Shown: positions 20,948 to 33,188, numbered from the whole stretch's first letter. The stretch is DNA of 59,949 nucleotides, filler included, from 10 parts of 10 records of this genome joined end to end with filler, not necessarily neighbours in it, one strand, 5' to 3'. Translations and numbers: made by a program. Notes: a model not told the origin generated them from the letters alone.

Positions 20948-22642
20948 ATGACCCTGGAAGATAAGAAACGTCCCCTCTACCTGCCCTACGCAGGCCCTAT
21001 TCTGTTAGAGACCTCTCTGCTCAATAAGGGCAGTGCTTTTACCGAGCAAGAGCGAAAGGACTTTAACCTGGAAGGACTTCTACCCAGCGCCATTGAGACC
21101 ATTGATGAGCAGGTAAAACGCGCCTACAAACAGTTTCGCGGCTTTGAGTCAGACATCGACAAACACATCTACCTACGCAATATTCAGGACACCAACGAAA
21201 CGCTTTTCTACCGTTTGTTGAATGAGCACATCACAGAGATGATGCCGGTGATCTACACGCCAACCGTGGGCCATGCCTGTGAAATCTTCTCTGATATCTA
21301 TCGTCGAGCTCGTGGGCTGTTTATCTCCTATCCCGACAGAGACAGAATTGATGACATTCTGAACAATGCCACGCGACATAACGTGAAGGTTATCGTTGTG
21401 ACTGATGGCGAACGAATTTTAGGCTTAGGCGATCAGGGCATTGGGGGTATGGGCATCCCTATTGGTAAGCTCTCCTTATACACGGCCTGTGGTGGTATCA
21501 GTCCTGCTTATACTTTGCCTGTGGTTCTTGATGTGGGAACCAATAATCCACAACGCCTGGATGACCCTATGTATCTGGGATGGCGCCATGAGCGTATCTC
21601 AGGTGATGAGTATGCTGAGTTTGTAGAGAAGTTTATGCAGGCCGTCAAAGTACGTTGGCCCGATGCTTTGATCCAATTTGAAGATTTTGCACAAAGTAAT
21701 GCGATGCCTCTATTGGAGCGTTACAAAGACCAAACCTGCTGCTTTAACGATGATATTCAAGGCACTGCGGCTGTGACTGTGGGCTCCCTGTTGGCTGCTT
21801 GCTCTGCCGCTGGTGGTCGTTTGCGCGATCAAAGGATCTGTTTCTTAGGCGCTGGCTCGGCCGGGTGCGGCATAGCCGAAGCCATCATTGCCCAAATGGT
21901 CTCTGAAGGACTTTCCGATCAAGAAGCCAGAGCCCAGGTCTTTATGGTTGACCGCTGGGGCCTGTTATTGGATGACACCCTAAATCTGTTGCCGTTCCAG
22001 CAAGCCTTAGTCCAAAAGAAAGCAAGCTTGTCTGCCTGGTCCGTGGATTTTAGCTCTGTTTCACTGCTGGATGTGGTTGCCAACGCTAAACCTACTGTTT
22101 TGATTGGTGTATCAGGTGCTCCTGGCTTGTTTACCGAGCAGGTGATTAAAACTATGGCGGAACACTGTGAACGCCCCATAGTGATGCCCCTATCGAACCC
22201 AACTAGCCGTGTGGAAGCACGCCCCGTGGATGTGATTCACTGGACTGAAGGTAAAGCTTTGGTCGCTACGGGAAGCCCATTTGCTCCAGTTACCTATCAG
22301 GAACAGCGTTTAGAAATAGCTCAGTGTAACAACAGCTATATCTTCCCTGGTATTGGCTTAGGTGTACTAGCGGCTAATGCTAAGCGAGTGACAGACAATA
22401 TGTTGATGGCCTCAAGCCGGGCCTTGGCTGAGTGCTCGCCACTTGCACAGGATGGTGAAGGCCCCTTATTGCCACCACTTGAAGCGATTCACGAAGTGAG
22501 CAAACACATCGCCTTTGCTGTCGGTAAAGCCGCTATGGCTGATGGCGTGGCCGTGGTGACAGAGGATGATGTCTTGCTTAAGGCGATTGATGACAGCTTT
22601 TGGAAACCTGAGTACCGAACCTACAAACGTACCTCCTTCTAA
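20948..22642 (+). CDS. maeA: NAD-dependent malic enzyme
   Basis: [55 protein letters not shown]. 564 aa. Confidence 0.97.
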   Translation: MTLEDKKRPLYLPYAGPILLETSLLNKGSAFTEQERKDFNLEGLLPSAIETIDEQVKRAYKQFRGFESDIDKHIYLRNIQDTNETLFYRLLNEHITEMMPVIYTPTVGHACEIFSDIYRRARGLFISYPDRDRIDDILNNATRHNVKVIVVTDGERILGLGDQGIGGMGIPIGKLSLYTACGGISPAYTLPVVLDVGTNNPQRLDDPMYLGWRHERISGDEYAEFVEKFMQAVKVRWPDALIQFEDFAQSNAMPLLERYKDQTCCFNDDIQGTAAVTVGSLLAACSAAGGRLRDQRICFLGAGSAGCGIAEAIIAQMVSEGLSDQEARAQVFMVDRWGLLLDDTLNLLPFQQALVQKKASLSAWSVDFSSVSLLDVVANAKPTVLIGVSGAPGLFTEQVIKTMAEHCERPIVMPLSNPTSRVEARPVDVIHWTEGKALVATGSPFAPVTYQEQRLEIAQCNNSYIFPGIGLGVLAANAKRVTDNMLMASSRALAECSPLAQDGEGPLLPPLEAIHEVSKHIAFAVGKAAMADGVAVVTEDDVLLKAIDDSFWKPEYRTYKRTSF

Positions 22643-22646
22643 AATG

Positions 22647-22676
22647 AAAAGGTCGCCTCAGCGGGCGACCTTTAAA
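22647..22676. terminator. Bidirectional terminator between convergent genes
   Basis: AAAGGTCGCC-TCAGCG-GGCGACCTTT. Confidence 0.75.
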
Positions 22677-22679
22677 TCT

Positions 22680-23348
22680 CTACTCAACGCTGGCCCTATC
22701 CAGCAAGCCATCACTAAGCCGGCCAGCCCAACGGCTTACGATTATTCGCGTTTCCCTAACCAGAGTGATTTTGTCCTGGCGTTGAGGTTTATTCCAACTA
22801 TCGGCTTCTTGATAGTCTTCGAATACTGCCAGTAATTCGCCAGAAAGTGAGTCCCTGACCTCCATTCGAAGGGTCATGTCACCGGCACTTCTGGCATAAA
22901 CTTTTTGTTGGCTGGTAACTAAGGTTTCGTCCGGATTCACCAAGTAAACATCCACCAGTGCTGGTGTGAGTTTAAGTACTCCGGAAGCTGCCTGTGTCAC
23001 TACTTTATAGCGCTCCTCTTGTTCAGTTCGGCGTACAAAGTACTTTTGAAATAAGTGCTGCAATTGTTCAGCAGAGCTCTCTAATCGCCGTTTTAGAGTG
23101 GTTTTGGAGTCTTTCCAGAATTTGTAGGGTTCTTCACGATAGTTAACCGTTGCTTCATCCAGCATGAAGGAGTGATAACCGGAAAAATCAACGCCAGGTC
23201 TGACCCAAAGGTGGTCAATCTGATTGCCATTAACCTCAACCAGAGACGGATCGGGAGAGGGGGCGGGAGTGGTGGCACAGGCAACCACAGAGCTCACCAA
23301 TATCACTATCGATAACAATTTGGCTTTTGCGCCATTAAGTTGTTTCAT
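22680..23348 (-). CDS. Lipoprotein, DUF3313-like
   Basis: Lipobox VVAC, PGVDFSGY, SAGDMTLRMEVRDSLSGELLA. Confidence 0.7.
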   Translation of the reverse strand: MKQLNGAKAKLLSIVILVSSVVACATTPAPSPDPSLVEVNGNQIDHLWVRPGVDFSGYHSFMLDEATVNYREEPYKFWKDSKTTLKRRLESSAEQLQHLFQKYFVRRTEQEERYKVVTQAASGVLKLTPALVDVYLVNPDETLVTSQQKVYARSAGDMTLRMEVRDSLSGELLAVFEDYQEADSWNKPQRQDKITLVRETRIIVSRWAGRLSDGLLDRASVE

Positions 23349-23361
23349 GGAAATCTCCTTG

Positions 23362-23781
23362 TCACTCTTCTAAGGGGAGAGTTAATGAATCACAGTGAAG
23401 CTTCTTAAGCACTTCTCTGTTGGTGTGCTGCAGGTGCCAAAATGAGTGATGTTCACCCATGATCACCAGATCTGCAGCGCAAGCCTGTTGATGGGCCAAG
23501 ATCTGGTCTGCTATTTCACCGTGACACAAAAAAAGCTCGCTAGGAGTCGGCGAAAGGTTTTGGCAAAAATGCTCTAGCTGCTGCTGACGGACTTTCATGG
23601 TCTGTTCATGAACGCCTTCCAAACCTAGCTCAATCTCTTCTAGCGTGTGTCCTGCCAGCCCCGGCTCAACATAGATGACAAATAAAGAGGCATTTAGCTT
23701 CCTGGCAAGCCGACAAGCTTTGCTCAGCACCTTTTCACTTTGTTTCGTTAAATCTATGGCAACTAGCAGTTTTTGATACAT
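23362..23781 (-). CDS. Universal stress protein (UspA family)
   Basis: MYQKLLVAIDL, ADLVIMGEHH, C-terminal CDSLTLP. Confidence 0.88.
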   Translation of the reverse strand: MYQKLLVAIDLTKQSEKVLSKACRLARKLNASLFVIYVEPGLAGHTLEEIELGLEGVHEQTMKVRQQQLEHFCQNLSPTPSELFLCHGEIADQILAHQQACAADLVIMGEHHSFWHLQHTNREVLKKLHCDSLTLPLEE

Positions 23782-23783
23782 GG

Positions 23784-24176
23784 CTAACCTACAGTGGGCT
23801 TTTGAAACAGATAGTAACCTGCGGCTACTGCTGCTAAGCATAGTCCAACATTCAGTAGCATGTTTAAGCCTAATTTAAGTAATGCGCCTTGATGCAGGAG
23901 CGCTAAGTTATCCATTGAAAAGGTGGAAAAAGTTGTCAGTGCACCCAGCATCCCTACACTAATTAGTGCACGCCAGGGGCTGCTGGCAATCTGGGCTTGC
24001 TCTAGCAGAATAAACATAGCCCCCATGATAAAAGAGCCCAGTAGGTTGACGGTCAGGGTTCCGTACGGAAAGCCTTTGCCGAATAGGGTGAGGCAGAGAT
24101 CTGAAATAATAAAGCGAAGACAAGCGCCCACGGCGCCGCCAATGGCAATAAAGCCCAAGGTTGGTAAATAGCCCAT
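23784..24176 (-). CDS. crcB: Fluoride efflux channel CrcB/FluC
   Basis: GGAVGACLR, FPYGTLTVN, GMLGALTTFSTF. Confidence 0.95.
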   Translation of the reverse strand: MGYLPTLGFIAIGGAVGACLRFIISDLCLTLFGKGFPYGTLTVNLLGSFIMGAMFILLEQAQIASSPWRALISVGMLGALTTFSTFSMDNLALLHQGALLKLGLNMLLNVGLCLAAVAAGYYLFQKPTVG

Positions 24177-24285
24177 ATCAAAAAAGTAACTAATTGAAAG
24201 ATAGAGCAAGTGTAGGGATGTGCTCACGCGAAAGCTAGAGCAAGCGATGAGAAGTTGTTAAGCTGGCGCCTCTTTAGAGGAGGGC

Positions 24286-24555
24286 GTGATGAAAGGCGCT
24301 TGGTTTGTTTACATGGTGGAGTGTGCCGATGGCTCACTCTATACGGGCGTTGCGACGGATGTGGCCAGGCGGCTGGAAGAGCACAATAGCCAAAGCCACA
24401 AAGCGGCTCGTTACACCCGCAGTCGCCAGCCTGTCACTTTGCGTTATCAGGAGGCAGCCGAAAGTCGCTCCCACGCCTGCCAGCGAGAATGGCAAATTAA
24501 AAAACTGACTCGCCGGCAAAAATTACTTCTATTAAATCAAGCCACTGGCTCTTAG
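24286..24555 (+). CDS. GIY-YIG nuclease family protein (UPF0213/YhbQ-like)
   Basis: WFVYMVECADGSLYTG..RRLEEHN..ARYTR..REWQIKKL. Confidence 0.9.
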   Translation: MMKGAWFVYMVECADGSLYTGVATDVARRLEEHNSQSHKAARYTRSRQPVTLRYQEAAESRSHACQREWQIKKLTRRQKLLLLNQATGS

Positions 24556-25473
24556 CGCCAACAAACCTAAGGTTGTAGTAAAGGCGCTAAATATAGTGGT
24601 GACCGCAATGATGTCGGCGGCCAGATCGGCATCCCCATCCATCTGTTTGGCCATCACAAAACTAGCTGTGGCCGCTGGTGTGGCCATCATCAAATAGAGA
24701 ATCCCCAAAGAGAGGCCTCTAAAACCAAGCAGCGCACCGCAAAGCACTGCCAACCCAGGCAGGACCACCAATTTTGCAGTAGAAGCTTGAATAATCAGGC
24801 TACGGTTGCCTTTGAGTCGATCTAAGCTGAGCGAGCCGCCTATACACAAAAGCGCCAGAGGCAGTGTCATGTTGGCGAGGTAACGGCCACTGGTGATCAG
24901 CCATTCGGGCAAGCTAAGGTTCAGAAGCGCCAGAAAAAGGCCAAAGGCGATGGCCAGAAAGAGCGGGTTGCTTAGCATGGATTTGAGCGTACCTTTGAGC
25001 AGGTTCTGCTCTGGCTTTTGTTGAGCCGCACTTAATACCAGAATAGCCAGCAGGTTATAGACAATCACCATGATGGCCAGGTAGACGCCTGCAGGTGCCA
25101 ATGCATCCTGACCAAATGCGTTGACTATGGTGGCCAGACCAATAATTCCCATGTTGCCACGGTAAGCACCCTGTACAAAAACACCCCGCTGCGGTCCAGC
25201 CATCTTGCGGCTAAACCACCACAGCAGAGCCACGGAAAGTAAGATGATAAAAGTGGCTCCGGCAAGCAGCTTAGGCTGAATCAAAGCGCCCACATCGGCT
25301 GTCGCTACATTTAAAAAGAGCAGGCAGGGCAGGGTGACATTAAAGACCAGGCTAGAGCCGCTGCGGATAAACTCCTGTGAGATTAAGCCTCTCTTGTTAA
25401 AGAGGTAACCTAAAACCATCATAAAAATGATAGGTGTGGTAACAGAAAGAGAGAAGCTAAAGGCTTGAAGCAT
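24532..25473 (-). CDS. AEC (auxin efflux carrier/malate permease) family transporter
   Basis: About 10 TM segments, VFNVTLPCLLF, RGNMGIIG, NPL, LPLALLCIG, PAATASFVMAKQM. Confidence 0.9.
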   Translation of the reverse strand: MLQAFSFSLSVTTPIIFMMVLGYLFNKRGLISQEFIRSGSSLVFNVTLPCLLFLNVATADVGALIQPKLLAGATFIILLSVALLWWFSRKMAGPQRGVFVQGAYRGNMGIIGLATIVNAFGQDALAPAGVYLAIMVIVYNLLAILVLSAAQQKPEQNLLKGTLKSMLSNPLFLAIAFGLFLALLNLSLPEWLITSGRYLANMTLPLALLCIGGSLSLDRLKGNRSLIIQASTAKLVVLPGLAVLCGALLGFRGLSLGILYLMMATPAATASFVMAKQMDGDADLAADIIAVTTIFSAFTTTLGLLALRASGLI

Positions 25474-25551
25474 GCGGTAACCAGTCTGTGGAAAAAGTTA
25501 AAGCCTACCTGATGTGGCTTGGGCTTTATGGGTTCAAAGGTAAGCTTGTTC

Positions 25552-25651
25552 NNNNNNNNNNNNNNNNNNNNNNNNNNNNNNNNNNNNNNNNNNNNTTAAT
25601 TAATTAANNNNNNNNNNNNNNNNNNNNNNNNNNNNNNNNNNNNNNNNNNNN
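25552..25651. other. Artificial contig spacer
   Basis: N44-TTAATTAATTAA-N44. Confidence 0.99.
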
Positions 25652-28600
25652 GGTGGAAGTACGTTTACATCTCATGAGCAATACATAGTCAGTCAGGCTA
25701 TCGCGGACGCAGGTGTCAGGATCCTTTCTTATGAAAACGGAAACCAGATCACAGCCGGTACCGCAATGGTTACACTGAATAAAGGGCAAACTGCTGATAT
25801 CGCCGCTTCGAGCATTACTGCTACTTCAAAAGTTTTCGGTACAGGTGCGTTTACTGTCAAATCTCGTGGTAGTGATATTGGTGGAAGTCTTGTTCCTTCT
25901 AACTATGCCGATATCAAGTTTGCAGCAGTTGTAACTCGTGGTGGCGGAAACGTAATAATCGATGTGCTGTCACTGCAGGATGGTAATACTATCAACATCT
26001 ATGAAGACGATAGTACTACTCCCAAGGCAACACAAACCATCAATAGAAATCAGCATCACAGGTTTGATGTTTCTATTTCCGTTCCAGGATTGGTTCGTGT
26101 AGAATCCACTCAGCCGATTCTTGCTTACTATAATAATAATGGAATAACTGGTGATGATTTCTATCCGTTACCGCCACTAGATTTTGAATATTATGGTGTT
26201 CCATCTGCAACTTGTCACGTGATCTGCATGGAAGATAATACAGAGGTTACGGTTTACAAATCCGATGGAAGCAAGTGGGAATTTACCTGCGATGCAAATG
26301 AAGTGAAAACTGAAGGTAATGACTCTTTGGGTAATGGTCGGGCTTTCCGCTTGGTTTCTAATAAGCCTGTTGCAGCAGCGGGTGTGGCTGATAGCAGCGG
26401 TGGAGAGGCTGAAGCTTTAGTTCCGAAACGTATGATGGGTAATTTCTTTGGTATAACTCATGATGCCGATTATGTTGTTTTGGCATCGAGATCTCAGAGT
26501 GCAACTTATAAAGTTTATAATTCGTCGGGATCCCAAAAAGCATCTGGTTCATTCAGTGGTTCCGGCGGAACGGGCTATCCTGGTAAAGTTAGACTTACTA
26601 ATTTGGTCGCTGGTGATACAATAACAACAACCCTTCCTGCTATGGCTTGGTATGATGAAGCTTCACAAGATTTAGAAACAGGTATTTATCCATGGATGCA
26701 AGGAGCTGATGGCGAAGATCCTGCATACGATGGAATCGTTGCCGGTATAGCTTATGACATGAACAGAAACGTTTTCTATTCTGAAAACGGATCTTCCAAA
26801 CAGATGTTTAAATGGGATGTTGCTGACTTTGGTGACACTTGGACAAAAACTGCTGTAACAGTATCTGGCAGTACTGAAGAGTGTATTGATATGGCAACAG
26901 ATGGTTACAATCTGTTCTGTCTTGGCAAATGGGATGGAAAGGTGCATCGTTATCGTATTGATGACGCTACTTCTTTCACAAAGACAGGTATGTTTACAGC
27001 GGCTACAACAGAATCATACGAAGGTGTAGCAGTTCATGATGGAATTCTGTATGTTGGTGGAACAGCCAATGGAAGCAAAAAAGTAACAATGTATCGTATT
27101 GCTGATTGGGATCAGTCTGTTTCAAGTTGGAACGAGCAACCGATCGGCAGTATGAATATTTCTTCCGAGGTTTCAGCTAATATTGGGACTCTTTTTTCAG
27201 ATGGTCGCTACCTTTATACTCATGATCTCGGTCATGGTGGTGATAACTTAATCTTCGCTCATGCACTTCAACCTCAATATGTTGCCTATCAGGCCGAAGG
27301 AAATGCAAGAGCAGAATATGTCTCATCTGCTGGTGTTAACGATAGATTCGAGGACAACATTTTGGATGCAGGATGGACTGTAAGAAATGGTTCCTGGTCT
27401 GAATCTGCAGGCTCTCTACGTATGAGTTCAAACACTAATGAAGCAAAAATAATTTCTGCTTTTGATACTTCATCAAACAAGCATTATATGGCCAAGGTTG
27501 ATATCAAGGCTGGTACAGTGTCACAATATGCTGGTGTTGTATTTGGATATGAAAGTGATTCAGATTTCCATGCATGTATGGTCTGGGCTAATCCAAGTGG
27601 AACGATAAAAGAACTGGTGTTTATCGATGGAGCACCAGTGGATCAGGATGGATTGATTACCGTGATAATCTTGGTTTCGATTCATCAAGTTGGCACAATG
27701 TGAAAGTTGTAGTAACTGGCAATACATACTCCTGTTATATTAACGATACTATGGTTGGCCGAAAAACAGGAGACTCTGTTCTTGCTATGTCTTCTAATGA
27801 AGGTGTAGGTTTGCTTGCTAGTTATTCTACAATTGAGTTTGATAATTTTGAAGCAAGTTACCTTGTTGGTGAAATGGATGGTAGTTCATGGAAATTAGCA
27901 GCAAAGGGTGCGACGGATAATGCCGCTCCAGATCAGGTTGTTGCTTCAGGAAATTCTCCAGCATATTCCACATGGACCAATACTTCTAATGTTCAAGTAG
28001 ACTGGAATACTCCAGATTCTAATGGCACTAACTATTCATTCCAGATTGCAGCTATTGATGGACAGCATAATATTTCAAGTGGATTTTTAAACGGTAATTT
28101 CGATGGTGGCGTTGGGCCAATGGCTTATAATGCCTTTATCGATGATTCGCAGACAGTTCCCTATGATGATGATTGTTCTGATGGTGTATGTTCATTCAGA
28201 TCTGAAGGCACGGGAACGTTGGCTGGATATAATATTTCTGGCAATGGTTGGTACATGAAGAGCAAAGGAAATGGTTCGTTTGACAAAATGTTAAATATGA
28301 GAGTTCCTTTACTTAGTCAGAATAGTAAATCGTTTGTATTTGAGTTTGATTATTCTTGCATAACAGCCACAGGGTCAGATAATGCTGGTTGGCATACTCG
28401 TTTCAGGCCTAATAGTGGATCTTCTGGCGATTTAACTGACGGAAGTGCAAAAGCTTATCTTACAGATGGTGGTGTCATAACAAAGGACCTTACCAATTTC
28501 ACATGTTCCGCAAATGAAAAAGGTCATATAGTTGCAGTTATCTCAACTCCTGCTGATGGAACATCAAAAGTCTATGATTGGCGTATTTGGGACATGAGCT

Positions 28601-31293
28601 CAAGTACTAATACTCAGGAGCTTATTATCGATAACATGATTGTGCGTGAGCGCAGTAATGCTACTATTACAACTCCAATGGCAGCATATCATGTAAAAGT
28701 TGATAATAATCCGGTATATTCTGGAGCAAATCCGGATGATACGACTACAGCTACAAACTATACTTCAGCTTCTCTTGCAAGTGGTGTTTGGTATGCTCAT
28801 GTTCTGGGACGAGATTCTGCGAACAACTGGAGTCAATCCAAAGATTATGGACCATTCTATATTGATAATGATACGCCTGGAACACCTGTAGTTCAATGTA
28901 CAGGATTTAATAGTGAGCAATGGACAAGTAACTCAAGTACTACATGTACTTGGGCGGGAACTGTTGGTCCAAGTCCTGGTGTTTATAAAACATGTTATAC
29001 CACCGATACAGATCCAGCTTCTTGTTCGTCATGGACAGAACATGCTAATACTGTTGATGGTCGGAGATGGATTAATAATAGTATTGGCCAAGGCATATCC
29101 TATTTACATATTTATGCTGAAGATACTGGTGGTGTATCAGTTTACACTAAGTTTACATTTAGTGTTGATTCTTCAGTTCCTGCTACACCAACTATTAGTT
29201 GTACTAACTATGATTTTGTGGACTCACAGTGGGGTAAGAGTCTATCAACGACTTGCTCGTGGACTCAAACAACCGGTCCGTCTCCAGGTAACTTCTATTG
29301 GTGTGTAGATCAAAGTGATACTTGTGACCCAATTGTTGATGGTTCGCTCGATTCAAATGCGAGTGTGTATATCGAAAAAACGTTCTCTGGTATATACTTC
29401 TTTAGAACAATTAACAAAGATACTGGTGGAACCTCCGGTATGGCAAAGATCACTTTAAAATGGATCTCACTCCTCCTGACAAGCCTGGTGAGCCATGGGT
29501 TTACGATGGAGCCACAAAGCTCACGGAAACTGCTGATGATACGCCGACATTCATTTGGGCAGCTTCTGCTGATTCACACTCAGGGCTGAGAGATGTACAA
29601 CGGTATCATTTGTTCTGGTCAACTACTCCAGGTGGAACAACGTTTGATCAGTGGTTGGACGCTAGTGAAGGAACATCGTACACTGTTGGGGATAAAGGAG
29701 ATGCTTCTCTTGCTGGTAATACCACTTGGTATACAAAAGTTATTGCTTATGATTCTGTAGGTAACGCTTCTTCTTTCTCTGAAAATGGTAGTATTCATAT
29801 CGTTGCCGTAAATACACCTGACGCACCGAGTGTATTAGCGAACATGGACAAATCTCTTATTTCTAATGCTGGTTCTGTGAAAGTTATTATTGACCCTACT
29901 AACAATGATGCAGATGCGACATTTGCTGTAAAAGAAGTGAATGTTACAGATTCTTGGATGCGTTCTGATGGAACTCTTGGAGCAAGTGAAGGCGATGCAG
30001 CATGGAAGAAGTTTAGCGACTGGAACAGTACCAATGGTTTTGATGTTAACTATATAAGAAGTTCTGCTACAAGTAATATCAATAGACCATTAGATGATAA
30101 TACCAATTATGGCTTTAGAGTTGCTGTATTTTTCCCAGGTTTAGAAACCTCACCTCTTGGTGCTTTGGGTGAAGCAACTACTCTTGATCGATCACAACCT
30201 GCAAGTACTTACAAGATGAAAGCTACACCTGATACGGGCAATGATAGAATGCTTGTATCTTATAAAAATGGTGGCTTTTTCATGGAAGCGGAGGACTTTG
30301 AAACGAATTCAGGAATGACGTTCTATTCTGATCAGGGTGCATCTGGTGGTTCGTATATGAAACCTACTGGATCAGGACAGTACATTGAACAAAAATTCTA
30401 TGTTACTGACGCTTCGATTCACTTCATTCACGTTCGTTCCTATGCTACCAGTTCTACTGACAATGTTATATCATGGCAGCTTGATGGCGGATCACAAACT
30501 GGTTACAGTATTAGTCCTCCAGGAGGGACTCATAACTGGGGTTGGAGTAATGGTGCTCTCTTGCATTCTAACTTAAGTGTTGGATGGCATACTCTGAGAA
30601 TGTACTATAATAAACCAACCATAATAGATACGATCTACATTGGTACAAGTCAGATTACTGGTGATGACAGGTTGATGGTTGATTCTAACTATGGTGTCCA
30701 CCAAACGCTGTATCGTAGTACAAATCACACTGCTGGTTTTGAGCCGGTAGACGGTGTCTTTGATGACTTTACTAGCGATACAATGAGTAATTACACTTCA
30801 ATTTGGGCTGCAAATGATACATGGAGTATTGAAAACGGAAAGATTCATAACTTAGGAACAGTCAATGAAGACATTGCATTAGTGTATAATCATAACTTTG
30901 ACAACTTTGTTGCTGAAGTTGATGCAATGACCACCGATGATGATGGTATGGGTCTTGTTCTTCGTAGGTCTTCATCAAGTAATTACTATGTCTTTGCGCT
31001 GCGTCCTCAGACGAATGAAGTGTTTGTGGAACGCAATGATCATAGCTTGTTCTCAGCATGGAAAACCAAAACTTTTGTATCTGATAAGAACACTTGGTAC
31101 AGGCTCAAAGCAGTTGTTAGAGGAGCTGAATTTAAGCTTTACGTAAACGACATTATGCTATTCAGTTTTAGAGATAACTCTATGACAGAGTCTGGATTGA
31201 GCGGTCAAGTTGGGTTCCAGTCATGGATGAACCAACCTGCTGCTTATTTTGATAACTTTAAGGTTGCTCCTCTGTTGACACCTGGAGCTTATG
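25652..31293 (+). CDS. Giant multidomain surface/secreted protein (partial at both ends; frameshifts near 27600 and 29455)
   Basis: Reading frame open at both contig edges, about 1880 codons once two single-base losses are repaired. S/T/G/D/N-rich with IgGFc-binding-like, propeller-like, two ConA/DUF1080-like, Ig/FN3-like and CBM-like (MEAEDF) segments. Confidence 0.75.
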
Positions 31294-31393
31294 NNNNNNN
31301 NNNNNNNNNNNNNNNNNNNNNNNNNNNNNNNNNNNNNTTAATTAATTAANNNNNNNNNNNNNNNNNNNNNNNNNNNNNNNNNNNNNNNNNNNN
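31294..31393. other. Artificial contig spacer
   Basis: N44-TTAATTAATTAA-N44. Confidence 0.99.
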
Positions 31394-31973
31394 GAGTGTA
31401 AAGAAAGTATTGATGATCATTGGCGATTACGTAGAAGACTATGAGGTAATGGTGCCTTTCCAGGCACTATCGATGGTAGGCCACACCGTCCACGCGGCCT
31501 GTCCCGACAAGAAGGAGGGGGAACAGGTGCGGACCGCTGTGCATGATTTTGAGGGAGACCAGACCTACAGTGAAAAACCCGGACACAACTTTACGCTGAA
31601 TGCCACTTTTACAGATGTCAAGGCAGAGGATTACGACGCGCTGGTCATCCCGGGCGGGCGCGCACCGGAATACATTCGTCTGAACGAGACCGTGTTGGAA
31701 ATGGTTCGGCACTTTTCGCAGGCAGACAAGCCCATTGCTGCCATCTGTCATGGCGCACAGGTGCTGGCCGCAGCTGGCGTCATCGAGGGGAAAGCGTGCT
31801 CCGCTTATCCGGCTGTGGGCCCGGATGTAACTCGTGCAGGGGGAAAGTATGTCGATATCCCTGTGGATCAAGCCCATGTGGACGGCAGGATGGTGACTGC
31901 GCCGGCATGGCCCGCTCATCCTGATTGGCTTGCCAAATTCCTGCAGGTGCTTGGAACGAAAATTGAACCCTAA
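31394..31973 (+). CDS. DJ-1/PfpI family protein (start codon probably clipped by the contig edge)
   Basis: [17 protein letters not shown], nucleophile elbow AICHG, TAPAWP. Confidence 0.93.
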
Positions 31974-32059
31974 CGTGAAGTGGAAAACTGTAGTTTAGCG
32001 GCTCACCATTGTCTGCCCTGCTACCAATGAGATCAGTATTAATGTCGCGTTGCGAAGTA

Positions 32060-32455
32060 GCCCTTTTGACTATCTTTTTGTAAAATTTTGTATCGACGAC
32101 CATACCCGGAAAGGAAGGTGGCAATTCGGACTTTTGAATTTCTGAGAACCCGTTCTTTTCATAAAAACGGTGTGCCGCTAAAAACATTGGTGTTGTGCCC
32201 AGAAAAATTTCATTCACGTTTTTGGATTCGCACCATTCAAGGAGAACTTTTAACAGGTTTTCTGCAACTCTTTTTCCGGAGCCTCGGAATTCTTGTTTGA
32301 CAAACATTTTTCGTAAAGCTCCTTGACCTATTCCGATATCCAGCAATGAAATGGAACCGACAACCTCTGATTTGTATAACGCCACCCAGAAATTACCATT
32401 GCAGATTTGATAAAAACTCGGAATGTCGAGCAAATCCGGCTGATCTTTCAGCTCA
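32060..32455 (-). pseudogene. 5'-truncated GNAT acetyltransferase
   Basis: DQPDLLDIP..GNFWVA..ALRKMFV..FRG..FLGT..AAHRFYEKNGF. No recognisable N-terminal segment or good start. The frame runs on antisense into pfpI without a timely stop. Confidence 0.65.
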
Positions 32456-32510
32456 AACGGATACCAGTGAAATTGCCAAGGATGCCGCTCAAACTTGACA
32501 GTGGAATAAG

Positions 32511-32777
32511 TTAAGCCATATATGTGCCGCCCGTATTATCAGGCGTTAATGTTCCGTCGGTTTCAACAAGCATTGCCGTGACTTCATTTTCGCAAACAGG
32601 GCGATGCTCAGTGCCTTTGAGGGTGTACAAAAAACTGTGTAACTGGTTATCTATATCTACAAACACTTGCCCGGTTACATGATTCTCGATTACCGATTGA
32701 GCGAAAAATGAATTAAATTCTACCTGTTCTATCAGTTTTCTCACTTTGTGGAAGAATGGCGGCTGAATTTCATGCAC
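32511..32777 (-). pseudogene. Apparent chimeric remnant: GNAT-like N-terminus joined to a cupin C-terminus
   Basis: FAQSVIENHVTGQVFVD (GNAT-like start) followed abruptly by KGTEHRPVCENEVTAMLVETDGTLTPDNTGG (cupin second motif and tail). Confidence 0.45.
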
Positions 32778-32861
32778 TTTTAATCCTCAACTCGACGCAT
32801 AACACTTAAGCCTCGATACCATGATACAGCCAATACGCATCTGTGTGAAATCCGTAGCTGA

Positions 32862-33188
32862 TTAAGGGGACGTTACCGGTCCGAACTTCAGGCAACGAAC
32901 CGGCCTGACCAGCGTGCCAAGGAGTTGGACAAAACGTTTTGATGTTGAATCGTGACTGATCTGGACGCGAGACGGTTCGAAAGCTTCAATACAGAGATTT
33001 CCTTTTCCACGGATCGATACCTGTTGGCCACCTCTGATGATCCTTTCTCCGCCAGTGCCATCTGTAAGCCAGGCAACACCGGAGAGGCAGGTGATCTCCA
33101 GACCGCGTCCCTTGTATGCCAACACCTGTCGTTTTTCCATTTGGATGTGCAGGGGGCGTGAACTGAGTAACGTGGGCAGTGCACTCAT
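32862..33188 (-). CDS. DUF2917-like small cupin-fold protein
   Basis: ITCLSGVAWLT..G.E.II.GG motif. RBS AAAAGGAG. Divergent from the MocR regulator. Confidence 0.7.
   Translation of the reverse strand: MSALPTLLSSRPLHIQMEKRQVLAYKGRGLEITCLSGVAWLTDGTGGERIIRGGQQVSIRGKGNLCIEAFEPSRVQISHDSTSKRFVQLLGTLVRPVRCLKFGPVTSP

Noticed and set aside
24177-24285. Fluoride riboswitch upstream of crcB
   Set aside because: No GGCGATGG..CGCC-type core recognisable by eye. An Infernal search would be decisive.
24286-24555. GIY-YIG gene as a homing endonuclease or mobile element
   Set aside because: It is a short standalone YhbQ-type protein with no intron or element boundaries.
25652-31293. Alternative genetic code (TGA=Gly, Gracilibacteria-type) for the giant protein
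   Set aside because: Long Gly-rich frames contain no in-frame TGA. The breaks are frameshifts, not stops.
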